Assembly: GCA_020428315.1 (NCBI GenBank)
Contig: JAGQNA010000003.1
Coordinates: forward strand, 155-64,154
DNA: 64,000 bases
Direction of reading: 5' to 3'
From: Candidatus Saccharimonadota bacterium
Lineage (GTDB): Bacteria; Patescibacteriota; Saccharimonadia; Saccharimonadales; Saccharimonadaceae
Made by a program: the position numbers and the translations under genes. Below the pieces are notes generated by a model. That model was not told the DNA's origin and did not search any database. It saw nothing but the letters and a program-made list of their open reading frames with translations. Shown piece by piece: positions 55,770-63,879 of the stretch. The first letter of the stretch is position 1. Each line of letters begins with the position of its first letter.

Positions 55770-56866
55770 CACGTAAACATGAATCGGGTGCAGTATCATT
55801 AGTAGTTGTGATTTTTGCGTCTCTACTTATAACAGTAGTTACAATTAGCTTTACACGAGCTATGCTAGAGTCAGTTCAGGAAGCAAGTACGGTAGATCTG
55901 TCGCAGAGTGCTTATGATACAGCACTAAATGGGGTTGAAGATGCCAAGCGGGCTATTGCTAACGGAGATATATCGTCTACGACCACCCAATGCAACCAAG
56001 GTCTGCTTTCAGGTGGTGGGTCAGGTATGGAGGTTATGGTTAGTCAGGATGCTAGCGACGAGAAACTATCACAAGCGTATACCTGTGTGACTGTTGATTT
56101 TTCTGCACAATCTGTTAATTACGACGCTGTCGCAGAGAATAGTTCGATACTGATACCTTTAAAACCCGATACAGGTGGAGTTTTTTCACAAGTTCGCATA
56201 GGCTGGAGTAGACCAAACAAGTCTAACAATCCCCCTGTTTTGGCAGCGAATTCGAGCAAGTTACCTGTTGATAGTGCGTGGCCAGAGGAAAGACCTGCAT
56301 TATTAAGAGTACGGTATATTTGGTCAGATAGTTCCGTAGATATGGCCAAGTTCAATTCTACAGAAGGGGGTGGTACGTTCAAGCAGGCTGATAATAGTCG
56401 TACGCTGTTCCTTGTGCCTACCGGTACTTCAGCTGTTCAAACCTCGTCTGATATTAGCGCAAAGAATGCGAATAGCAGCTCCCCTGTGTATGTAGATTGT
56501 AATAGTGCAGCTACTGTCAACTCTGGGAGAGATGACTGTGCATTTAACCTTACTAATGTTCCAGAAGCATCTCAAAGTGACGCACCTAAATTTGTTCAGA
56601 TTACACCGCTCTATAGTAGCTCTAATATTAGCGTTGAGATGCTAAACGGCTCAGGTGCAATTGTTCCGTTTGTAGGTGTACAAGCTGTAGTTGATTCGAC
56701 TGGGCGAGCAAGTGATTTATTCAGGCGAGTCCAGGCAAGAGTAAACTTAGATGGGTCAACCAATCAGAGCTACCCAAGTGATGCGTTAGTTATTAAAGAT
56801 GGCAATTTATGTAAGTCATTTACTATTACAAACGAGGATTTAGCCCCTGATCCTAGTTGCAGGTAG
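55766..56866 (+). CDS. PilX-like pilus-associated protein (hydrophobic N-terminus, no Glu5)
   Basis: HESGAVSLVVVIFASLLITVV then a 330-aa ectodomain; last gene of the pilin block. Confidence 0.5.
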   Translation: MTRKHESGAVSLVVVIFASLLITVVTISFTRAMLESVQEASTVDLSQSAYDTALNGVEDAKRAIANGDISSTTTQCNQGLLSGGGSGMEVMVSQDASDEKLSQAYTCVTVDFSAQSVNYDAVAENSSILIPLKPDTGGVFSQVRIGWSRPNKSNNPPVLAANSSKLPVDSAWPEERPALLRVRYIWSDSSVDMAKFNSTEGGGTFKQADNSRTLFLVPTGTSAVQTSSDISAKNANSSSPVYVDCNSAATVNSGRDDCAFNLTNVPEASQSDAPKFVQITPLYSSSNISVEMLNGSGAIVPFVGVQAVVDSTGRASDLFRRVQARVNLDGSTNQSYPSDALVIKDGNLCKSFTITNEDLAPDPSCR

Positions 56867-56874
56867 TGGCTAGA

Positions 56875-57783
56875 TTAGGAGCTATGGAATCTTTCGTGAA
56901 CCTCACGTAAATGTTCGTCTGTTACATGTGTATATACCTGAGTCGTAGAGATATTGCTATGGCCAAGCATGCTCTGAACACTACGAAGGTCGGCGCCATT
57001 CATCAATAGGTCTGTGGCGAAGCTATGGCGCATAGTGTGAGGACTAACATGTTTTGTTATACCGGCCATGCGTGCGTATTTGCTTATCATCCGTTGGACG
57101 CTACGAGCACCAAGCCGACGGTAGTCACCCGAATTACTAGATATATTGTTTCGACTATAACTTAGAAACAGAGGGGGTAGGTTGTCTAGCCGGCTGTCTA
57201 GGTAATCTTCAACGCACTTAGCTGCAGCATCACTCACAAAGACTGGACGATCTTTTTGTCCCTTACCGCGAACCATAAATTCGCGCCTTTTTGTGTTTAC
57301 GTGGCCTTTATCTAGGTTTACTAGTTCAGAAACACGGAGCCCACTACTAAATAGTAGTTCAATAATTGCCCGATCGCGTAGCCCTTCTTCTTTTTCAAGG
57401 TCAATTACACTAATGAGCTGCTGGATCTCTTCAAAATGTAGAAATGTAACTTGTTTACGACTTATTTTTGGTAGTTTTACCTTGTCGGCCGACAGGGTAG
57501 TGATGTTCCGGTCTGATAAATACTTTAAAAATCCACGCAAGGCTATAAGATGGTAACTCTGAGTAATGGTCGATAGCTTTTCGCTGTTGTTATTTTCATA
57601 ACGATTCAACCACAATCGATAACGACGTACAATTTCGGTTGTTATTTTCTCTACAGCTATATCATCTGTAAATTGGACAAAACGCTCAAGGTACAATCTG
57701 TAATTTTCTGCTGTTTTTGCAGAACGGCCACCTTCGACCTCGATAGATTCAACGAAATCCAGTATCAACTCAGACGTGTACAT
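56875..57783 (-). CDS. Tyrosine recombinase XerC/XerD family (start taken at ATG 57783; track ORF runs to 57813)
   Basis: HTMRHSFATDLL, LGHSNISTTQVYTHV (catalytic Tyr), N-terminal SAM-like core-binding domain. Confidence 0.88.
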   Translation of the reverse strand: MYTSELILDFVESIEVEGGRSAKTAENYRLYLERFVQFTDDIAVEKITTEIVRRYRLWLNRYENNNSEKLSTITQSYHLIALRGFLKYLSDRNITTLSADKVKLPKISRKQVTFLHFEEIQQLISVIDLEKEEGLRDRAIIELLFSSGLRVSELVNLDKGHVNTKRREFMVRGKGQKDRPVFVSDAAAKCVEDYLDSRLDNLPPLFLSYSRNNISSNSGDYRRLGARSVQRMISKYARMAGITKHVSPHTMRHSFATDLLMNGADLRSVQSMLGHSNISTTQVYTHVTDEHLREVHERFHSS

Positions 57784-57789
57784 GATATT

Positions 57790-57795
57790 AGTATA
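57790..57795 (-). promoter_or_regulatory. -10 box TATACT (minus strand), 6 nt upstream of xer ATG 57783
   Basis: Minus strand reads gcgTATACTaatatcATG. Confidence 0.5.
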
Positions 57796-57798
57796 CGC

Positions 57799-57804
57799 TA
57801 TAAT
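57799..57804 (+). promoter_or_regulatory. -10 box TATAAT, 7 nt upstream of uppP ATG 57812
   Basis: cgcTATAATtaagcgcATG. Confidence 0.5.
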
Positions 57805-57811
57805 TAAGCGC

Positions 57812-58600
57812 ATGACCTTGTTCGATGTGATTGTACTAGGACTGATACAGGGATTAACTGAGTTTATTCCTGTCAGTAGCTCGGGCCATCTGGTGATAGC
57901 TCAAACACTGCTTGGTATGGAGCCACAGCATTTATTTTTAGAGGCAATAAATTTTGGGACGTTCTTTGCACTGCTTGCTTATTTTTGGCCTAAAATCATT
58001 ACGATTCTGCACGACATTTTTTTTAAAAAAAACTACAAGTTATTCAGAAATATATTAATTACATCTGTCCCTGCTGGTTTGGTAGGCTATATTTTTGCCG
58101 ACTTTATTGGTGCATCGGCATTTTTTGGAAACATCTGGGTTGTAGTTACAACACTTTTTGCAATTGGTATCGTTATGGTTTGGTTAGAAAGAATACCACG
58201 ACTTAGTGATATTGCGAACGGTGAGGAGCTATCTTCAAAAAGAGCCTTAAGTATCGGCTTTGCTCAGATGCTGGCTTTAGTCCCGGGCGTTTCACGCTCG
58301 GGCTCAACAATTATCGTCGGTCGTTTAATGGGTCTAAGTGCTAAGGAGGCAGCCGAATACAGCTTTTTGGCTAGTTTGCCAATAATGCTTGGTGTAATTT
58401 TAAAGGTCTCTCTTGATAACCCTAGTTACTTGATAGAAAATATGAGCCTTCTTCTTGTTGGAAATCTCGTCGCTTTCTTCTCTGGCTTATTAGCCGTAGG
58501 ATTTTTAATAAAGTTTTTATCTAAACATCCATTAAGGCTGCTAGGCTGGTATCGAATTGTGCTAGCAGTTTTGATAGCCATTAGTCTTTTGGTACAATGA
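57812..58600 (+). CDS. uppP: Undecaprenyl-diphosphate phosphatase (start taken at ATG 57812)
   Basis: GLTEFIPVSSSGHL and PGVSRSGSTI motifs; polytopic. Confidence 0.9.
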   Translation: MTLFDVIVLGLIQGLTEFIPVSSSGHLVIAQTLLGMEPQHLFLEAINFGTFFALLAYFWPKIITILHDIFFKKNYKLFRNILITSVPAGLVGYIFADFIGASAFFGNIWVVVTTLFAIGIVMVWLERIPRLSDIANGEELSSKRALSIGFAQMLALVPGVSRSGSTIIVGRLMGLSAKEAAEYSFLASLPIMLGVILKVSLDNPSYLIENMSLLLVGNLVAFFSGLLAVGFLIKFLSKHPLRLLGWYRIVLAVLIAISLLVQ

Positions 58601-58624
58601 TAGGAGTAATTAATAGGAGAATAT

Positions 58625-59131
58625 ATGAGTAAAAATGTTGAACAGACGTTGGTATTATTTAAGCCGGATTCGTTACAGAGGGGGCTAGTTGGTGATATCT
58701 TGACTAGATTCGAACGAGTTGGCCTTAGAATTGTTGGAACTAAGATGCTAGCTCCAGATCGTAACCACTATGGTAAACATTACGAAGATATCGGCAAGCT
58801 TAAGACTCGAGCAGGTGAGAAAATATTTGACATAACCCTTGATATGATGGGTCGTGGACCAGTTATTGCTATGGTTTTTGAAGGAGTCGAGGCGGTGAGC
58901 TTGGTCCGAAAGTTGGTTGGTGGCACAGAGCCGAAGAGTGCGGAACCAGGTACGATTCGAGGTGACTTTAGTCATATGAGCTATGAATATGCTAACAGCG
59001 CTCAAAAGGGTATTCCAAATCTTATTCACGCTTCAGGCGACCCAGAAGAAGCGATTAAGGAAGTGAACCACTGGTTTAGTGATAGCGAACTTTACGATTA
59101 TCAGGCACTACACGAGGTGTTTACTCGTTAA
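58625..59131 (+). CDS. ndk: Nucleoside diphosphate kinase (long form)
   Basis: LVLFKPDSLQRGLVGDILTRFE, GTIRGDF, NLIHASGD (active-site His); SD AGGAG. Confidence 0.88.
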   Translation: MSKNVEQTLVLFKPDSLQRGLVGDILTRFERVGLRIVGTKMLAPDRNHYGKHYEDIGKLKTRAGEKIFDITLDMMGRGPVIAMVFEGVEAVSLVRKLVGGTEPKSAEPGTIRGDFSHMSYEYANSAQKGIPNLIHASGDPEEAIKEVNHWFSDSELYDYQALHEVFTR

Positions 59132-59141
59132 ATCTAAATTA

Positions 59142-59765
59142 CTATTCTCGGAAGATACTTTTTAATCTCGGCATGACAATGTCTGCAATAATCCGATGTC
59201 CCTCATTATTTGGGTGTAGGCTATCGGGCAAGAGTTCAGTTTTTGCCTCCGCCTCTGTAAAGGGAGTGAGAATATCAATAAACTCCAATGCGTTGTCATG
59301 GCAAAAAACCTCCAAGACCTGATTGAACATTCGTATTCTATCGTTTGTATAGCCAGTATTGCTCCATGATACAGGGTTTGAGCGTTCTTCTACGCATGGC
59401 GTAAGTCCGACAAAAACAATTTTGTTAGAGTACCTACTAGCCATTACGAGTAGTTTTTCAAGATTGCTTTTGTATTCTTCTGGTTCAGAGAAATTAACGC
59501 CCGATTTTGTACGTGAGTCATTTAACCCTACGGCAAAAATAAACCCCAACTCCTCGTCCTGACATCGGGCCTTTGTTTCTGCCTCAAAACGCTCCACGAT
59601 ATCCCGGCTACTATTTCCAGAAATACTCAAATTAAAGATTGTCGGCAAATCGTAGCCAGTTTTAATAGTTTCTTTGTCGTACACTGTGCGAATACGCTGT
59701 ATCCAGCCGCCGTTAGTATCCCAAAAGCCCTGTGTTATGCTGTCGCCAAAAATTAGTACTCTCAT
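59142..59765 (-). CDS. SGNH/GDSL-family hydrolase
   Basis: Block I IFGDSITQG, block III GLNDS, block V DSLHPN. Confidence 0.8.
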   Translation of the reverse strand: MRVLIFGDSITQGFWDTNGGWIQRIRTVYDKETIKTGYDLPTIFNLSISGNSSRDIVERFEAETKARCQDEELGFIFAVGLNDSRTKSGVNFSEPEEYKSNLEKLLVMASRYSNKIVFVGLTPCVEERSNPVSWSNTGYTNDRIRMFNQVLEVFCHDNALEFIDILTPFTEAEAKTELLPDSLHPNNEGHRIIADIVMPRLKSIFRE

Positions 59766-60505
59766 GATTTGTATCTTGGGTCGTGTATTGTTGTATAAAT
59801 AATCGTTTGTATCCAGCGTTCGATAATATCATACCATTTGGCTGGATTGGGCATAAGTTTTGGCGAATGTTCAAGACCTCTTATGACTATATAGTTACCA
59901 TGTGCTGCAGCGTGATAGTACGACTGCAGTATATTGGCTTCAATAACCGTATCAGCTTCATGCTCGATGATGTAACTTGTACCGTCAAAGGCTTTTAGTG
60001 CCTCCGTTGCTTTATTTGAATATGTCATATCAATATTTTGTCTGTAGAGGTCTTTAGCCTCGTCATCTTTACTTTCTATTGTTTCCGAATAAGGATAGTC
60101 AAACTCCTCGTCTTTGTAGTTCGCTGCCGCACGCAAGATAACAATCTGAGGTTCTCGAACTCCTGCGAGGAGTGCTGCCATGTAGCCGCCAAAACTACCG
60201 CCAATGATAATGATTTTGTCTAATCCTCGACTCACAAGCTGGTCATACACGGTGCATACTTCCTCAAATTGTTGCTTGCGTGTCGCTTGTTCTAGCGGGA
60301 CAGGATGATTGCCATGTCCAGCATAGTTGAGAATGGCAAATGGAACATTGGAAGCAGTGCTCATACGTTCACAACCCTCATTATGGCCCTCGATTGTACT
60401 GGTAAAGCCCTGTAGCCATAATACAACCCAGCCGTTATGTGCGTTATCTGGAGTGAATAGTCGCCACGGTGTACCGTCATCAAGAGTGTAATTGTCAATT
60501 TTCAT
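59762..60505 (-). CDS. Alpha/beta-fold hydrolase
   Basis: Nucleophile elbow GGSFGG; 247 aa; overlaps downstream SGNH gene by 4 nt. Confidence 0.7.
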   Translation of the reverse strand: MKIDNYTLDDGTPWRLFTPDNAHNGWVVLWLQGFTSTIEGHNEGCERMSTASNVPFAILNYAGHGNHPVPLEQATRKQQFEEVCTVYDQLVSRGLDKIIIIGGSFGGYMAALLAGVREPQIVILRAAANYKDEEFDYPYSETIESKDDEAKDLYRQNIDMTYSNKATEALKAFDGTSYIIEHEADTVIEANILQSYYHAAAHGNYIVIRGLEHSPKLMPNPAKWYDIIERWIQTIIYTTIHDPRYKS

Positions 60506-60511
60506 ATCTGT

Positions 60512-60520
60512 ATTATACCA
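60512..60520 (-). promoter_or_regulatory. Extended -10 TGgTATAAT (minus strand), 6 nt upstream of ATG 60505
   Basis: Minus strand reads TGGTATAATacagatATG. Confidence 0.55.
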
Positions 60521-60659
60521 CTCTCTTTTTTCTTTAGACGGGCAACGGTCACGCTTTGTATTTTTCTATTTTTGGTGTCCTGTACCATTTTGCTAGAATC
60601 TATTTTAGTATGAGATGCTAAGTAAACCCTATCGAATGTGTTACAAGCGACACATAGGC

Positions 60660-60665
60660 TATAAT
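60660..60665 (+). promoter_or_regulatory. -10 box TATAAT, 7 nt upstream of the original alr ATG 60673
   Basis: ggcTATAATcgtaagtATG. Confidence 0.5.
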
Positions 60666-60672
60666 CGTAAGT

Positions 60673-61810
60673 ATGTCAGACCGACTAACTGTAGCAGATA
60701 TAGATCTTGGAAATTTACGCTCATAATATTTCAAAGATACTGGAAATCGTACCAAATGATACAAGAGTAATGGCTGTGGTGAAAGCCGACGCTTATGGAC
60801 ATGGTATTGAGGCGATGGCCAAGACAGCCGTTGAAGCTGGCGCAACCTATATAGGCGTTGTAAGCTTAGGCGAACTAAAAAAAGTCCGTAACGCAGGTAT
60901 TCAAGCACCAATTTTGTTACTTAACTACATAGATAAAGCTTCAGTTATGGAAGCAATCAAGCTTGATGCATCTATAACTGTCATGGACGAGGAAATATTG
61001 ATTGCTATCGAGAAAGCTGCCAGCTTTCAAGCAAAGAAAGCTAAAGTGCATATCAAGATTGATACAGGTATGCACAGAGCGGGCTGCGATCCAGACAAGC
61101 TGCTTGGCCTTGCTCAAGCCATACTAAGTACACGACATCTAGAATTAGAGGGCTTGTTCACACATCTAGCGGAGGCAGAAGATTTAGACGTAGCGTTTAC
61201 GCACCAGCAACTAAAGGTATTCAGCGATTTGATTGATGTTTTACGAAATACAGGAATCAATCCACCATTACTGCACTGTGCCAATAGTGCTGCAATTATA
61301 AATTTTCCAGAAGCACACTTTACGATGGTTCGACCAGGGTTGATAACATATGGGCTTAATCCTTTCCCTGAGGGACATCAGTAACACGAATTTGTCGCCA
61401 AAGAGTTCAAGCCAGTTTTATCTCTTAAAACGCAGGTGATTTTCGTGAGAACTATCGAGTCAGGTGAAACAGTTGGCTACAATAGGCGTTGGCAAGCTAA
61501 AAGACAAAGTGTTATCTCGTTACTGCCTGTTGGTTATGGCGACGGCTACCGCCGCGCGCCGCATAATGCCACAAGGGTTTTGATAAATGGACAGTATGCT
61601 CCAATAGTTGGCAGTGTAGCAATGGATCAAACAGTTATTGATGTTACTGATATTGATGGCTCAATTTCCGTGGGTGACGAGGTCATTCTACTCGGTAAAC
61701 AAAGCTCACTATCAATTACAGCCGATGACGTGGCTGTCGCATACGGAACTATAAATTATGAAGTAGTTACCTCGTTATCTGACCGTGTTGACAGAAACTA
61801 CTCATCTTGA
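60673..61810 (+). pseudogene. alr: Alanine racemase with a +1 frameshift near 60721 and an in-frame TAA at 61382-61384
   Basis: ATG 60673 gives MSDRLTVADIDLGNLRS*; removing one nt (T 60721) gives ...[17 protein letters not shown]...[11 protein letters not shown] (PLP-Lys motif); ORFs 60707-61384 and 61436-61810 share a frame, with 17 open codons (HEFVAKEFKPVLSLKTQ) between them. Confidence 0.8.
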
Positions 61811-62026
61811 AATCCGATTGTTTAGCACACCGTCTAGAAAAATAATTATTGATCTCAAAGATATTCTTAAATCCAAAGTCTACTCCAAGAAGCAAAAAAA
61901 CATTAGCGATTGTAGAGCAATCGCACACAAGTAGTGCATAAATAACATAACGTAATTGCAAAATATTAAAGCTTATGTTATTATACAATATATAAAGTAA
62001 ATTGAACAAGAAAGCGTCCTACAACT

Positions 62027-63082
62027 ATGACAGAACCCAGCAGGGAAGAATTACCACAAAGCCCCACTCCTGACCTTAAAATGGTCACTGCTGCATATGA
62101 TCACATTCTTAAATATAATATCAAGCACACAGGCTTCAGACCTATGCTCAGTGGTTTATTCAAGGTTCTTATGGTGAGTGATGGTGTTCTTGACATGGAC
62201 AATCCTGACGCTACAACTCCTAAGAGTACAGAAGAAGCATACAGTGGTTTTGACGATACAATGCAGGAAGGCGTTGTGGAAGGCGACATGAACGCTGAGT
62301 TGCAAGACATTTTTCATAGCGATACATTCATGCGTGCTGGTATCAAAATTGCACCCTTTGGTCAGCTTCATGCTAATGGTGAGGGCAGGGCTGTTACAAG
62401 CACAGAGCTAGTGCCTGTAATCGAAAATACTTCACTGTTTGCAGAGTTCCTTGGCAAGTTACAGCCTGAGGATGTTCAGAACGAGGGTGCTGAAATATTC
62501 CTTAGTGACGTAGTGGCTAACTTATCAAAAGTTGTAGGACTGTGCTTCGATACTAGTAAGCACAAAGACTTGTCTGACGAAGAAAGAGCTGCTGTTACTA
62601 AAGCAGGTGAGGACGCACTTCGTACATTCGTTACAATCGACCCTGAGTATGCACGTCTTGGCATTGACGGTGACGCTATGCGTGCCTGTGTAGAGTTTAT
62701 GACTAAGTGTGTAAATTACTGGGGTCGAAACCTTTTGCCTGAGTACTTAGTAGCTCAGAGAGGTCAATACCTAACACCTCCTGCCGAACAAGGCTTTGGT
62801 CCTTCTAACTGGCAAAAAGATAGTGGTCAGCACCACTGGCAAGAAGCCCTCGGTTTCTTACGTGTACTTGAGCAAGATGAGCGAACTAAGCCATTTGCAG
62901 AAGAAGTGCGTAATGGTTTGGTTACGTCGCTTAACGCTGCCCTCGCTGAGTTAGATGATCCTACCAAAAATGTTAACTGGCGAAGTCAGGGCAGTGATTT
63001 GGTTAACATTCTCAACGCCATTACTGATCAACCGTTTGATGAAGTGAAACTTGCTGACTACATCAAAAGCCTGACTACATGA
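62027..63082 (+). CDS. Hypothetical acidic cytoplasmic protein
   Basis: 351-aa ORF; no TM, no motif recognised. Confidence 0.55.
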   Translation: MTEPSREELPQSPTPDLKMVTAAYDHILKYNIKHTGFRPMLSGLFKVLMVSDGVLDMDNPDATTPKSTEEAYSGFDDTMQEGVVEGDMNAELQDIFHSDTFMRAGIKIAPFGQLHANGEGRAVTSTELVPVIENTSLFAEFLGKLQPEDVQNEGAEIFLSDVVANLSKVVGLCFDTSKHKDLSDEERAAVTKAGEDALRTFVTIDPEYARLGIDGDAMRACVEFMTKCVNYWGRNLLPEYLVAQRGQYLTPPAEQGFGPSNWQKDSGQHHWQEALGFLRVLEQDERTKPFAEEVRNGLVTSLNAALAELDDPTKNVNWRSQGSDLVNILNAITDQPFDEVKLADYIKSLTT

Positions 63083-63221
63083 GTTAAGCCCCTACGCCTC
63101 TGCGCTTTAGCACAGGCGACCTGACAGAAACAGCCTTTTCTATAAAAAAGAAAAATTCGGCGGGGAAATCTAGAAAATGTAAAGCGTTTTTCTGGCGGCG
63201 CGATTCCGACTTTCCCAATTT

Positions 63222-63298
63222 TGGTACCCCGGGCAGGAGTCGAACCTGCAACCTTATCCTTAGGACGGATCTGCTCTATCCAGTTGAGCTACCGAGGC
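63222..63298 (-). tRNA. tRNA-Arg (anticodon CCU), CCA encoded
   Basis: Reverse complement GCCTCGG-TA-GCTC-AACTGGATA-GAGC-A-GATCC-GTCCTAA-GGATA-AGGTT-GCAGG-TTCGACT-CCTGC-CCGGGGT-A-CCA folds as a cloverleaf (2 G-U pairs in acceptor stem, one 27-43 mismatch); U33, anticodon CCT, A37. Confidence 0.85.
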
Positions 63299-63321
63299 AT
63301 ACACCTTGAAACATTGTAGCA

Positions 63322-63330
63322 TGCTATACT
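63322..63330 (+). promoter_or_regulatory. Extended -10 TGcTATACT, 9 nt upstream of ATG 63340
   Basis: aTGCTATACTtaaacatgtATG. Confidence 0.45.
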
Positions 63331-63339
63331 TAAACATGT

Positions 63340-63879
63340 ATGAGCAGGCAATTGTCTAGAGCTGAGCAAGAGTTTGAGGGTCAGCGTGAGGGTGAGGAGC
63401 TATTGTTCGTCTTTCGCAGGCATATTATTGCGATGCGTAAGGGCTTCTACGGGCTACTTATTCCTTTGTCTGTTGGCTCAATACCACCACTTATCTGGCA
63501 AAGTAATCTGCAGCTTTTTTTATTACCCCTTATCGGGCTTGGAATAGGAATATTGTTATTCTCGTATCACTTTATTATGTGGTATTTCACAATTTATATT
63601 GTTACTACCGAACGTCTGAGGCAAGTGACTCAAAAAGGCTTTTTTGGTAAGGATGTTGTTGAGCTACGTCTGTCAAAAATTCAGAACATAAGCTATAATA
63701 TACCAGGGTTTAGTGGTGAGTTATTCCATTATGGAACAATAGTAATTCAGACTTTTGTAGGAGATTTAGTTATACATAAAGTAGAGCATCCCAGTGAGAT
63801 TTACAATAAACTACAAGATGCAGTACTTAATATAATCGAAGAAAATAATGAAGATGAGAATGAAGATTACGAAGCGTAA
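63340..63879 (+). CDS. Membrane protein with bacterial PH-like (YdbS/YdbT, DUF304-like) domain
   Basis: Two TM helices, then TTERLRQVTQKGFFGKDVVELRLSKIQNISY...GTIVIQTF; acidic tail. Confidence 0.55.
   Translation: MSRQLSRAEQEFEGQREGEELLFVFRRHIIAMRKGFYGLLIPLSVGSIPPLIWQSNLQLFLLPLIGLGIGILLFSYHFIMWYFTIYIVTTERLRQVTQKGFFGKDVVELRLSKIQNISYNIPGFSGELFHYGTIVIQTFVGDLVIHKVEHPSEIYNKLQDAVLNIIEENNEDENEDYEA

Noticed and set aside
56875-57813. Tyrosine recombinase as the integrase of a mobile element carrying the pilus locus
   Set aside because: The sequence is XerC/D-like. I found no flanking direct repeats or attachment-site-like duplications, and the neighbours (uppP, ndk) are housekeeping genes.
61906-61924. 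Perfect 7-bp hairpin GCGATTG-tagag-CAATCGC as a terminator
   Set aside because: There is no T-run on the plus strand. On the minus strand a T-run follows, but no minus-strand gene lies upstream of it to terminate. Its function is unclear and the support is too weak.
63083-63221. Small RNA or attachment-site remnant between ORF 62027-63082 and tRNA-Arg
   Set aside because: Only imperfect short stems are visible. There is no promoter or terminator pair and no repeat of the tRNA sequence, so nothing can be supported without a covariance or comparative search.
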